Below are positions 1 through 9,108 of a DNA stretch of 64,000 nucleotides, piece after piece. Source of the DNA: Candidatus Aenigmatarchaeota archaeon (lineage in GTDB: Archaea > Aenigmatarchaeota > Aenigmatarchaeia > QMZP01 > QMZT01); contig JBGPQP010000001.1 of assembly GCA_041489155.1 (NCBI GenBank), positions 87,824 to 151,823 of the forward strand, read 5' to 3'. How positions within the stretch are numbered: the stretch's first letter is position 1; each line of letters opens with the position of its first letter. A program made the position numbers and the translations under genes. The notes below the pieces were generated by a model. That model was not told the origin of the DNA. It searched no databases and saw only the letters and a list, made by a program, of their open reading frames with translations.

Positions 1-918
1 CCCGTTCGCCTTGCTTTTCAGGTGCGTTTCAATGCATCTGATTATTGCATTCTGGTTGCCGTTGGTGTCAATCGCGGTCACGAATTCACTGCTTATCTTA
101 AGGCACAGCTTCTTCTGGCTTTGGTCCATGTTCTTGCAATCCGTTGTTGATATATCAACATTAGGTGTGGATGAGTCGGAAAGTTCTAATATGCCGCCGC
201 CCTTGTTCTCTATCCAGAAGCTCATTATGCCTCCGCCCTGGTTTTTGACATCGCCTTCTGCATCAATTACCAGCGGCTGATTAAGCACTTCTATATATGG
301 TTTGACCGGGCCTTCACCTATTGAAAGGATGCCTGTTTCTGAGAAGCTCTTGCCTTCGGAAATTATCCTTTCAAGCTCTGCCTTATTTACAAAGGTGACT
401 GACGCGGTCGAAAATGTCCTGTATTTGTATTTGGCCATCACGCCCATTTTGCACGGGGTCTCTACGTTCAGGTTTTCCCTTGCTGTAAGTTTCCATTCGA
501 CAAGCGCCGTCGACTGCGGATGCATTTCTATTGTGCACTCTGACATGCCAGTTGCCGGGTTGTATCTTGGAGCGGTTGTGCCTGAGCAAAACTCACCGCT
601 TACGCCTTCATTTTTTTCGTCCAAGCCAAAGAGGCCGCAATCGTTGTAAAGACCTATTGTGACTGTTGTTTTGTCGTATTCTGGGCTTTGCAGGTTCTTT
701 ACTACCGCCCTCAGGCGCATTGTCTGGCCTGCCCGGACGGTTGATGAAGGTATCGCCTGCAGGCTTTCTATCGAGATTACGTCATGTCGTTGTTCCTGTA
801 CACTAACGCCGCCAAAAATGTCCGGCAAAAACGGAATTTCTATGTCAAGCAAAGGAACCGTGCAGCCAGAGCTTAACAACACCAGAAACAGCGCTGATAG
901 GACTAGAATCCTTTTCAT
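1..918 (-). CDS. Secreted/lipid-anchored hypothetical protein (runs off the window start; C-terminus missing)
   Basis: Manually read minus-strand frame from ATG at 918: MKRILVLSALFLVLLSSGC (signal peptide plus lipobox-like SSGC), open to position 1. Missing from the ORF track because no stop is in the window. Confidence 0.75.
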   Translation of the reverse strand, partial: MKRILVLSALFLVLLSSGCTVPLLDIEIPFLPDIFGGVSVQEQRHDVISIESLQAIPSSTVRAGQTMRLRAVVKNLQSPEYDKTTVTIGLYNDCGLFGLDEKNEGVSGEFCSGTTAPRYNPATGMSECTIEMHPQSTALVEWKLTARENLNVETPCKMGVMAKYKYRTFSTASVTFVNKAELERIISEGKSFSETGILSIGEGPVKPYIEVLNQPLVIDAEGDVKNQGGGIMSFWIENKGGGILELSDSSTPNVDISTTDCKNMDQSQKKLCLKISSEFVTAIDTNGNQNAIIRCIETHLKSKANG

Positions 919-979
919 GATAATATATTATTCGACACGTGAGCATTTATTTTTATTGACAGCTCAGAAAGTATAGATT

Positions 980-1471
980 ATGAAAGGTCAGCTAATTTTC
1001 GAGTTCCTTATAGCCGGCTTCCTTTTTTTTGCAATTGTTCTCTATGCCATAAATTACATGAACGTGAACGTCACGGATTTCAAGGGCAAATTTTACCAGA
1101 GCCGGCTACAGAGCAGGGCGGTTCAGATATCAGAGATTTTGATGGGTGGTACATCCTCAATGAGTCTTATGGACAACTCGGAATTTAACATCACGAAAAT
1201 CCAGAAATTTAATTCAACCTACTGTTCTTTCGAGAACTACAATAAACTGGTAAACGACCTGTATCTTTATGAAACGACCGGTTTCGCTATCCTGCCTGAT
1301 AATATCAGGATAGAACTCGCTTCAATACAGTCAGGCGTATTGCTTGCCTGCGGACCCAACTTCCCGAGGGGCGCACCTACAGGAAGTGCAAAAGCAGAGA
1401 TAGGAAGGGTTGGTATGCTGCAAAACGGGTCTGCAAAAGAAACTATGAAATTGATGGTTGTTGTGTGGTAG
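980..1471 (+). CDS. Class III signal peptide (type IV pilin-like) protein
   Basis: N-terminus MKGQLIFEF plus a hydrophobic helix matches the archaeal prepilin motif K-G|Q-x-x-x-E. Confidence 0.7.
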   Translation: MKGQLIFEFLIAGFLFFAIVLYAINYMNVNVTDFKGKFYQSRLQSRAVQISEILMGGTSSMSLMDNSEFNITKIQKFNSTYCSFENYNKLVNDLYLYETTGFAILPDNIRIELASIQSGVLLACGPNFPRGAPTGSAKAEIGRVGMLQNGSAKETMKLMVVVW

Positions 1472-1536
1472 GCGGATTTCTCGTGGTTTCTGCTCGCACT
1501 CGGATGGAATATTAATTAATGCACCAATATATTTAC

Positions 1537-2178
1537 ATGAAAATAATTGTGGTTGGCGGCGGTAAACTGGGCGAAACGCTTTCGAAAATTCTTGTCAAGG
1601 AAAGGCACGACGTTGTCCTGATAGAGAGTAACGAATCGCTGGCTGAAGAACTTGCCGACCGCCTTGATGCCCTTGTTTTGTACGGTGATGGTTCAGACAG
1701 GGATCTTCTTAAGGATGCGAACATTGAAAATGCCGATGCTGTTGTTGCCGCAACAGGCGACGACAAGGTTAATCTCGCAGTTTGCGAGGCAGCGAAGGAA
1801 GCGAAGGTTTCCAGCATAGTTTCAAGGATAAACCAGCAGGCCAGCGAGAAGGATTTCTCAAAACTCGGCATTGCCAATGTGATTAACGCGACTGAGACTG
1901 CCGTGCTCGCGTTCAAGAAGATGGTCGAAAAGCCTGGCAAGCATCTGGTCACGTTCGTGGCGGGAGGCAAGGGCGAGATATTCGAAGTTCATGCCCATAA
2001 GGATTCGAAACTTGCCGGCAAGAACGTCGCCGACATCGCGAGAGATTTCGCAATCGCCTGCATCTACCGTGAGGACAAGCTCATCATACCCAAGCCGGAC
2101 ACAAGAATCAGGGAAGGCGACATCCTGACCATCTGCGCACCAACCGAAGAAATCAGAAAGATTGAAGCTTTGCTTTAG
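1537..2178 (+). CDS. trkA: Trk K+ uptake NAD-binding subunit (RCK-N + RCK-C)
   Basis: MKIIVVGGGKLG, GDGSD, ATGDDKVN, C-terminal IPKPDTRIREGD. Start chosen at ATG 1537. Confidence 0.9.
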   Translation: MKIIVVGGGKLGETLSKILVKERHDVVLIESNESLAEELADRLDALVLYGDGSDRDLLKDANIENADAVVAATGDDKVNLAVCEAAKEAKVSSIVSRINQQASEKDFSKLGIANVINATETAVLAFKKMVEKPGKHLVTFVAGGKGEIFEVHAHKDSKLAGKNVADIARDFAIACIYREDKLIIPKPDTRIREGDILTICAPTEEIRKIEALL

Positions 2179-3500
2179 AATTTTCTTTTGATAAATTCTT
2201 TCAGAACCTGCTCGAGGTCCGGCTTGCCCCTTTCTTTCAGATAATAAGTTACGTGGACGGATGGCTTGTTTATCTTTATTATCTTTGTAAGGTCGATCGG
2301 AGTCGCAACCACTACCAAATCGCATGGTATCCTGTTTATTGTCTCTTCTAGCTCGCTGATCTGGTGCTTGCTGTAGCCAAGCGCCGGCAGGACATCTGAA
2401 ATCTGGGTGTATTTTTCGTATGCCTGTTTTATTGTTCCGACCGCGTATTGCTTCGGTTTGACTATCGCCTTAGCGCCGAACTTCTTCGCGGCGACCCAGC
2501 CAGCGCCATACGCCATCTCGCCGTGCGTCAGCGTCGGGCCGTCCTCTACGATGAGGACGTTCTTTCCTTTTATTTTGTCCGGATCTTCGACCGAAACTTC
2601 AGAATCGGCATGGATGACTTGCGCATGCGGATTCGCTGCCTTTACGTTTTCAAGGACTTTTTCAATTTTCTCTTTTGCTGCAGTATTTTCTTTGTTTATA
2701 ATAACAACATCTGCCATTCGCAGATTAGTTTCGCCCGGATAGTATGCTAGCTCATGGCCTGCCCTGTGCGGGTCTGCGACAACTATATGCAAATCCGTTC
2801 TGAAAAATGGCGTGTCGTTGTTGCCTCCGTCCCAGAGGATGATATCCGCTTCCATCTCCGCGGCGCGCAGGATCTTTTCATAATCGACTCCCGCGAACAC
2901 TATGAAGCCGTTTTTTATGTGCTGCTCGTATTCCTCGCGCTCCTCGATCGTGCATTTGTTTTTTTCCATGTCTGCATAAGTCGCAAAGCGCTGGCAGACT
3001 TGCCTACGAAGATCACCATAAGGCATGGGATGGCGGATGACAACCACTTTATAACCCATATCTCTAAGAAGGAGGGATATCTTGCGCGTGGTCTGCGATT
3101 TGCCGCTGCCTGTCCTTACCGCGCATACAGATATAACCGGCTTGCTGGATATTAGCATCGTCTTTTGCGTGCCTAGCAGGACGAAGTTTGCGCCGCACGC
3201 ATTTGCTATGCTCGCTTTATGCATCACTTCAGCGAAAGCGAGGTCGGAATAAGAAAGCACAACTACGTCCGCTCTGTATTTTTTTATGAGCCCGGGCAAG
3301 GCTTTTTCGTCAAAGATTGGTATGCCTCTGGGGTACAGGCTGCCTGCAAGTTCCCTTGGATAATGCCTGCCAGCGATATCCGGTATTTGCGCTGCTGTAA
3401 AGCAGACGACGTCGTAGTCCCTGTTGTTCCGGAAGAAAACGTTGAAATTGTGGAAATCGCGGCCTGCTGCCCCCATGATTATGACTCTACCCCTCTTCAT
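2175..3500 (-). CDS. COG2403 P-loop protein (annotated as cyclic 2,3-diphosphoglycerate synthetase-like/GTPase); probable arginine synthetase ArcE family
   Basis: GAAGRDFHNFN N-terminal motif, P-loop VRTGSGKS, RHPMPYGDL, CTIEEREEYE, DGGNND, EDGPTLTHG. Alternative start at 3536. Confidence 0.8.
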   Translation of the reverse strand: MKRGRVIIMGAAGRDFHNFNVFFRNNRDYDVVCFTAAQIPDIAGRHYPRELAGSLYPRGIPIFDEKALPGLIKKYRADVVVLSYSDLAFAEVMHKASIANACGANFVLLGTQKTMLISSKPVISVCAVRTGSGKSQTTRKISLLLRDMGYKVVVIRHPMPYGDLRRQVCQRFATYADMEKNKCTIEEREEYEQHIKNGFIVFAGVDYEKILRAAEMEADIILWDGGNNDTPFFRTDLHIVVADPHRAGHELAYYPGETNLRMADVVIINKENTAAKEKIEKVLENVKAANPHAQVIHADSEVSVEDPDKIKGKNVLIVEDGPTLTHGEMAYGAGWVAAKKFGAKAIVKPKQYAVGTIKQAYEKYTQISDVLPALGYSKHQISELEETINRIPCDLVVVATPIDLTKIIKINKPSVHVTYYLKERGKPDLEQVLKEFIKRKF

Positions 3501-4887
3501 CACATTTCTTCTTGTTTTTTTCCTGGCCGAACTCATACAGAACCCTCATAGATTTCGCTGCGTTTTGCGGGTACGAAAATGTGGGTATGCCTATGTCCTC
3601 CATTGTTTTTTTCAGTACCTCCGTATAATCACCGCCCGCAGATACGACAAAAATCGGTTTCTTGCTCGACTTGAAGGCGTTTATTATCGTGTCTACGATT
3701 TCCCCGCCGAGCCTTGGAACCTGAACCAGGACTATGAGACCTATTATGTCGACGTTTGGGTCTTCGAGCACGATTTCCAGAGCCTGCCTGTACCTCTCGG
3801 TGTCCGCGTCTCCCGTCAGGTCGATTGGGTTTTTTATGATAACATGGCCCGGCATTTTCTTTTTCAATTCCTCCACGTTCTCATCGGTCATTTTGGAAAG
3901 CCTGAGACCCTGCTGTATTATGTTGTCGGTAAGCAGGACGCCGAAGCCTCCTCCATCCGTTATTATCTGCACCCTATTGCATCCGGGTTTGGGGAGGCAT
4001 GACAGCGTGCGTGCATAATCGAAAAGCTCCTCCATGTCATCCGCTTGTATGACGCCCGCCTGTTTAAAAGCTGCTGAATATATTTCGAACGAGCCGGCGA
4101 GCGAGCCCGTGTGCGACGAAACCGCTTTCGTGCCTGCCGAAGTTGTGCCGCCTTTGAGAACGATTATTGGCTTCCTGCCGGCAATTTTTCGCGTTATTTC
4201 GAAGAACTTCCTGCCCTCCTTCACACCCTCGAAGTACGCGCATATGACTTTCGTCTTCTTGTCATTGACGAGGTATTTTAATAAATCAGCTTCGTCCACG
4301 TCGACGGCGTTGCCATAGGAAATGAATTTCGACATTTTGTAGCCCTTTCTGGCCATCCAGTCTATCACAACCGAACCAACAGCACCGGACTGGGTTACGA
4401 AAGCTATATCGCCGGCCTTTGGTCTTCCGAGTTTGTAGCGCGGAAGGAATACTGTGTCGACTCCGCTATATGGATCGAAGACACCGAGGCAGTTTGGGCC
4501 TATAATCCTGATTTTGTATTTTTTTGCAATGCCTGACAATTTCTCCTCAAGTTCCGTGTTGCCTATCTCCTTGAAGCCGCCGCTTATGACGACTACGTGT
4601 TTTATTCCCTTCCTGCCACATTCCTCAAGCGCCTTCGGCACGAATTCCGCAGGGATCGATATGACTGCGAGGTCGACCCTATCCTTTATGCGCATCACGC
4701 TTTCATAACATTTCATGCCGAGGATTTTTTTGGCGCTCGGGTTGACGGGAAAAACTTTGCCTTTGAAATCGCCTTCAACCATGTTTCTGAAAACCACGTG
4801 CCCTATCTTGCTCTGATCCCTTGATGCCCCGATGACGGCGATGGTTTTCGGTTTGAAAAACGGTTCAAGTCCGTTTGTTTTGCTCAT
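3487..4887 (-). CDS. acdA: ADP-forming acetate/acyl-CoA ligase alpha subunit
   Basis: IAVIGAS CoA-binding fold, GPNCLG, QSGA, SHTGSLAG (phospho-His), NPIDLTGD. Confidence 0.9.
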   Translation of the reverse strand: MSKTNGLEPFFKPKTIAVIGASRDQSKIGHVVFRNMVEGDFKGKVFPVNPSAKKILGMKCYESVMRIKDRVDLAVISIPAEFVPKALEECGRKGIKHVVVISGGFKEIGNTELEEKLSGIAKKYKIRIIGPNCLGVFDPYSGVDTVFLPRYKLGRPKAGDIAFVTQSGAVGSVVIDWMARKGYKMSKFISYGNAVDVDEADLLKYLVNDKKTKVICAYFEGVKEGRKFFEITRKIAGRKPIIVLKGGTTSAGTKAVSSHTGSLAGSFEIYSAAFKQAGVIQADDMEELFDYARTLSCLPKPGCNRVQIITDGGGFGVLLTDNIIQQGLRLSKMTDENVEELKKKMPGHVIIKNPIDLTGDADTERYRQALEIVLEDPNVDIIGLIVLVQVPRLGGEIVDTIINAFKSSKKPIFVVSAGGDYTEVLKKTMEDIGIPTFSYPQNAAKSMRVLYEFGQEKNKKKCDEEG

Positions 4888-4920
4888 AAAACATATTATT
4901 GACGCTGACAATATATTATT

Positions 4921-6102
4921 ATGCCAGTCCGGAGGATAATTTCAGAGAGGGAGGAAGAGCTTCCTGTTTCAACGATTGGCGAACTCATAAAAATCGCCGA
5001 GGAAAGCAAGGGCATAATATCGCTCGGCCCCGGCGAGCCTGACTTTGACACGCCCAAACATATAATCAGATTCGCATGCAAAAAACTCAGGGAGGGATAC
5101 ACGCACTATTCTCCGCCTGCCGGCAGGGAGAAACTGCGCGAGGCTATAGCGAAAAAACTGAAGAAGGAAAACAGGATTGACGTTTCGCCCGACCAGATTA
5201 TAGTGACCGTTGGCTCGACCGAAGCGATACTGCTTTCGCTGATGTGCACCGTCGACCCAGGCGAGGGCGTTTTGGTGCCTGATCCGGGCTTCCTGGCGTA
5301 CACGCCGACGGTCGAGGTTCTAAACGGCATGCCTTTGTGCATGCCCCTTTGCGAGGAGAACGGCTTCCAGTTTAATATAGAGCAGGCTAAAAAGGCGATA
5401 CTGCCCGAAAAAACCAACGTAATAATCGTGAATTCTCCTTCAAACCCAACTGGCGTTGTTTACAAAAAGAAAACGCTGGAGGAGATAGCAGATTTTGTGA
5501 ATGAATATGATTTGCTGGCGATTTCTGACGAGGCATACGAGAAGCTGGTCTACGACGGCGAGAAACATATTTCACTCGCTTCATTGAACGGGATGGAGGA
5601 ACGCGTTCTCACGCTGCACTCTTTTTCAAAAACGCATGCCATGCCTGGTTTCAGGCTTGGCTACGCGGCCGGGCCAGAAAAAATCATAAAGGCAATGAAA
5701 AAGATTCATATTTATTCAACCGTCTGCGCGCCAACGATCTCGCAGGAAGCTGCGCTGGCTGCGTTGTCGGGACCGCAAAAACACGTTGCCAAGATGATCA
5801 GAGAGTATGACAGACGCAGAAAGCTGATGTTTGAAAGGCTGAACGAAATCCCTGGTTTCAGCTGCGTTGAACCGAAAGGCGCCTTCTATGCCTTCCCGAA
5901 TGTGAAGAGTTTTGGTATGTCTTCGTTGAAATTCTCGGCATGGCTGGTAAAAAACGCGAAGGTTGCTGTGGTTCCGGGTACTGAGTTCGGCAGATGCGGT
6001 GAGGGGTATGTGCGCTGCTCCTTCGCGACATCTTATGAAAAAATTAAGACTGCTTTGGAGCGTACGGAGAAGGCAACCAAAAAGTTAAAAAGGAAGAAAT
6101 AA
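4921..6102 (+). CDS. PLP-dependent class I aminotransferase (aspartate/aromatic)
   Basis: GEPDF, NSPSNPTG, DEAY, SFSKTHAMPGFRLG. Confidence 0.92.
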   Translation: MPVRRIISEREEELPVSTIGELIKIAEESKGIISLGPGEPDFDTPKHIIRFACKKLREGYTHYSPPAGREKLREAIAKKLKKENRIDVSPDQIIVTVGSTEAILLSLMCTVDPGEGVLVPDPGFLAYTPTVEVLNGMPLCMPLCEENGFQFNIEQAKKAILPEKTNVIIVNSPSNPTGVVYKKKTLEEIADFVNEYDLLAISDEAYEKLVYDGEKHISLASLNGMEERVLTLHSFSKTHAMPGFRLGYAAGPEKIIKAMKKIHIYSTVCAPTISQEAALAALSGPQKHVAKMIREYDRRRKLMFERLNEIPGFSCVEPKGAFYAFPNVKSFGMSSLKFSAWLVKNAKVAVVPGTEFGRCGEGYVRCSFATSYEKIKTALERTEKATKKLKRKK

Positions 6103-6110
6103 GACCCTAT

Positions 6111-6236
6111 CACCTTTATTTCCACTGGAGTTTTGTTTTTTGTTTTAAAGCTAAACTTTACGTATACGTATACGTATTATAACGATGTTATAAGTTTCCA
6201 CAGGAAATTAAAATATAGTTCCACAGGAAATTGGGG
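6111..6236. promoter_or_regulatory. Predicted replication origin (oriC): three ORB elements around an AT-rich unwinding element
   Basis: Minus-strand ACTCCAGTGGAAATAAAGGTG (6111-6131); plus-strand GTTTCCACAGGAAAT (6194-6208) and GTTCCACAGGAAATTGGGG (6218-6236). AT-rich spacer, directly upstream of cdc6. Confidence 0.8.
6159..6176. repeat. (TACGTA)x3 palindromic tandem repeat
   Basis: TACGTATACGTATACGTA read directly; an 18-bp perfect palindrome. Confidence 0.9.
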
Positions 6237-6280
6237 TGTGCGAGGCAAAAACATTTAAACCCCCGTTTCATATGGAAAAC

Positions 6281-7489
6281 ATGGCCCAAGTTTCCCTCAA
6301 TAATATTTTCCAAGATTATCTGGAAAAGAAGCCCATTTTCAAGAAAAAAGACATGCTAACAAGTCAGTTCACACCGGACACCATACCACACAGGGATAAA
6401 CAGATCAATCATATCGGTCTCATCCTGGCGCCGGTGCTCCGCGGCGAAAAACCATCCAACATATTCATTTACGGAAAGACAGGCACCGGCAAGTCTCTCT
6501 GCGTCCAGCACACGGTTTCAAGGCTGCTGGAAACGGCCAAAAAAAACGAGGGCGAAAACATCAAGGTAATCTACATTAACTGCAAGATGAGCAAGGTCTC
6601 CGATACCGAGTACAGGATGCTTTCGCAGCTTATACTAAATTTTGGCGTCAGTGTCCCTTTCACGGGCCTGCCGACAAACCAACTTTACCAACAGTTTTTC
6701 AGCCTGCTTGACGCCAAAAAACAGAGCATCATCCTGGTCCTTGACGAGATAGATGCGCTGATTAACAAAATAGGAGACGGCGTGCTTTACAACCTCACAA
6801 GGGTCAATCAGGACCTGAAGAACGCAAAACTCACGCTTGTCGGCATATCCAACAACATATCCTTCATAAACGATCTTGACCCGCGGGTCAAATCCTCGCT
6901 GTCGGAAGAGGAAATAGTTTTTCCGCCCTACAACGCAAACGAGCTTAAGGACATACTAACCGAAAGGGTAGGTTCCGCCTTCAATGAGGGAACGATTACT
7001 CCATCCGTTATAGCGAAGTGCGCGGCCCTGGCAGCGCAGGAGCACGGCGACGCAAGGAAGGCGCTCGATCTGCTGAGGGTTGCCGGAGAGACAGCAGAGA
7101 GAATGAGCAACAACATGGTGGCCGAAGAGCACGTTGACCAGGCAGAAAGGAGGCTGGACATGGACAAGACGACAGAAATAATAAAAAACCAGCCAAAACA
7201 ATCCCAATGCGTCCTTATTGCGATACTAAAACTCGCGAAGAACGGCAACAGCGGCATACAGACAGGCGACATATACGACGTGTACGTAGACGTCTGCAGG
7301 AATAACAATCTCAAGCCGCTGACCCAGAGAAGGGTGTCAGACCTAATATCCGAACTCGACATGTTCGGGATAGTGAACGCCAAGGTGATATCCAAAGGAA
7401 GATACGGAAGGACAAGGGAAATAAAGACGGACCTTTCGAAAGAAACCACGGAAAAGATAGAAAAGATGTTCAGCGGCGAGTTTATTTGA
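6281..7489 (+). CDS. cdc6: Orc1/Cdc6 replication initiator
   Basis: PHRDKQI, Walker A GKTGTGKS, Walker B LDEID, GDARKALDLL, winged-helix SKGRYGRTR. TTTAAA at 6254-6259 favours start 6281 (alternative 6272). Confidence 0.96.
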   Translation: MAQVSLNNIFQDYLEKKPIFKKKDMLTSQFTPDTIPHRDKQINHIGLILAPVLRGEKPSNIFIYGKTGTGKSLCVQHTVSRLLETAKKNEGENIKVIYINCKMSKVSDTEYRMLSQLILNFGVSVPFTGLPTNQLYQQFFSLLDAKKQSIILVLDEIDALINKIGDGVLYNLTRVNQDLKNAKLTLVGISNNISFINDLDPRVKSSLSEEEIVFPPYNANELKDILTERVGSAFNEGTITPSVIAKCAALAAQEHGDARKALDLLRVAGETAERMSNNMVAEEHVDQAERRLDMDKTTEIIKNQPKQSQCVLIAILKLAKNGNSGIQTGDIYDVYVDVCRNNNLKPLTQRRVSDLISELDMFGIVNAKVISKGRYGRTREIKTDLSKETTEKIEKMFSGEFI

Positions 7490-7498
7490 ATTAAGGTT

Positions 7499-8386
7499 AT
7501 GGCCAAGCTTATGAACAAAAAAGACATAATCGATTTGTTTCTTAAAAACGGCGTCATGCTCGCGCCGGATGAACTGGAAAACATCAGCGAGCAGAACTAC
7601 ATGCAGGTGCTCGAGAAAAAGCTTGGCGAGACGAATGACGAGATATTGATCGCCAAACAGAGCAGCGGTAAAATTTCATGCGGCGATTTCATAAAATTAT
7701 GCAACAGGAAATTCGAGTTCCTCAGGGAGATCCTGCTTAAAAAAACAGACGCCGTGTCGATAAACAAGGGAAGGAAGGTTTTTGCCGAGGCGACAATCAT
7801 AGGAAGGGTGAAGGAAAGGAACGCAAACGGATTCGTGCTCGAAGATGTAACGGGAGAGACAGAAGTAGTGAGTGAAAACAACGACATAAAAACAGGCGAT
7901 ATTGTCGGTTTGCGCGGCTTTTTCAAGGAGAATCGTTTTTTCCCGAACCAAATCATATGGCCCGACATCCCGCTCGAGAATAATCCAAGGCCACCCGGCA
8001 TAAAAATCACGCTCACAACTAGGGCAAAAGACAGCATGGCCGGCCTGATAGTATGCTCTTCCGGCGGCAAGGCTAGCAACATGATATCCGGGTTCGGAAG
8101 GCTCGGATCCATAAAAATAAAAAAGCATGGCAGCGAAATTCATCTGCTCGCCTTTTCGCCTGAAAAGGAGATGAGCGAGGATGATACTGTCAAAACGCTC
8201 AAGAAAAGGCAGATATCAGATGACGGCATCGCTGACAACCTGATAGCCGAGATACCAGGAATTTTCTGGCTTTTCAACAACGGCAAAAACTGGACCAAAA
8301 ATTACAGGGGCGTTGTCGTAATATCAAGCGATTCAGGAAGTTTTGCGGAATATGACAACGGGGAAGTCCACTTCGCGGGCTTGTAG
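7499..8386 (+). CDS. Shortened, catalytically degenerate homolog of DNA polymerase D small subunit (DP1; B-subunit-like)
   Basis: DP1-like N-terminal domain (FLKNGVMLAPD), DF...RKFEFLREIL, OB fold (IIGRV...LEDVTG...DIVGLRG...WPDIP), and C-terminal LKKRQI...DNLIAEIPGIF...YRGVVVIS. No DxH, GD, GNHD or GHxH metal ligands. Confidence 0.75.
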   Translation: MAKLMNKKDIIDLFLKNGVMLAPDELENISEQNYMQVLEKKLGETNDEILIAKQSSGKISCGDFIKLCNRKFEFLREILLKKTDAVSINKGRKVFAEATIIGRVKERNANGFVLEDVTGETEVVSENNDIKTGDIVGLRGFFKENRFFPNQIIWPDIPLENNPRPPGIKITLTTRAKDSMAGLIVCSSGGKASNMISGFGRLGSIKIKKHGSEIHLLAFSPEKEMSEDDTVKTLKKRQISDDGIADNLIAEIPGIFWLFNNGKNWTKNYRGVVVISSDSGSFAEYDNGEVHFAGL

Positions 8387-8422
8387 AGTTGAAGCTTTAA
8401 TATAAATCCACCAAGAATTAAT

Positions 8423-9097
8423 ATGCTCAAAATACTCGTCATCGCGGACATACATGGGGAGTTCGAGAAGTTCTCAAAAATCATAGACAAGCTCAGCGGC
8501 AGGGATTTTGACCTGGTGATCTGTCCCGGTGACTTTACCGACATATTCAATATACCTGAAGGCTATTCCCAGATGGACATAGCCGAACTGATAGTCCAGA
8601 AACTGCTCTCGCTGGGCAAGCCTCTCTTCTGCATACCTGGCAACCACGAACCTTATGAAATAATAGACGTGTTCGATGAATACAACGTGAACCTGCATGA
8701 AAGAACGAGGAAGTTCAACGATTTCGAGTTCGTGGGCTTCGGCGGGGCAGCAACACCATTCAACACCAAGTTCGAGCCCACGGATGAGGAAATAAAACAG
8801 GCGCTTGAGAGAAAGACCAAGGAAATAAAAGGCAAATTTATACTGGTCACGCACAACCCGCCGCTTGGTACCAACTTGGACAAGGTTGAAACAGGAGAAC
8901 ATGTCGGCTCGAAAGCGATTCGCGAATTCATAGAGCAGCGAAAGCCCCTGCTTGCGATATCCGCCCACATACACGAGGCAGGAGGCACGGACAAGCTTGG
9001 AAGCACGACCATATTCTATCCGGGCGTTGCCTACGAAGGGTATTACGGCCTTGTTGAGATAGGTGATGAAATAAAATGCGAGATAAAAAAGATATGA
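8423..9097 (+). CDS. Calcineurin-like metallophosphoesterase
   Basis: ADIHG, GDFTD, GNHE, THNPP, AHIHE motifs. Confidence 0.9.
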   Translation: MLKILVIADIHGEFEKFSKIIDKLSGRDFDLVICPGDFTDIFNIPEGYSQMDIAELIVQKLLSLGKPLFCIPGNHEPYEIIDVFDEYNVNLHERTRKFNDFEFVGFGGAATPFNTKFEPTDEEIKQALERKTKEIKGKFILVTHNPPLGTNLDKVETGEHVGSKAIREFIEQRKPLLAISAHIHEAGGTDKLGSTTIFYPGVAYEGYYGLVEIGDEIKCEIKKI

Positions 9098-9108
9098 TTC
9101 CCTTTCTA

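Noticed and set aside
6236..6280. Upstream GTG start of cdc6 given by the ORF track
   Set aside because: It overlaps an ORB and the TATA box; ATG 6281 or 6272 is more plausible.
7499..9097. Frameshifted single DP1 gene (ORF 7499 + ORF 8423)
   Set aside because: The first ORF already contains the DP1 C-terminal landmarks, and the second has its own TATA-like element and a different phosphoesterase signature.
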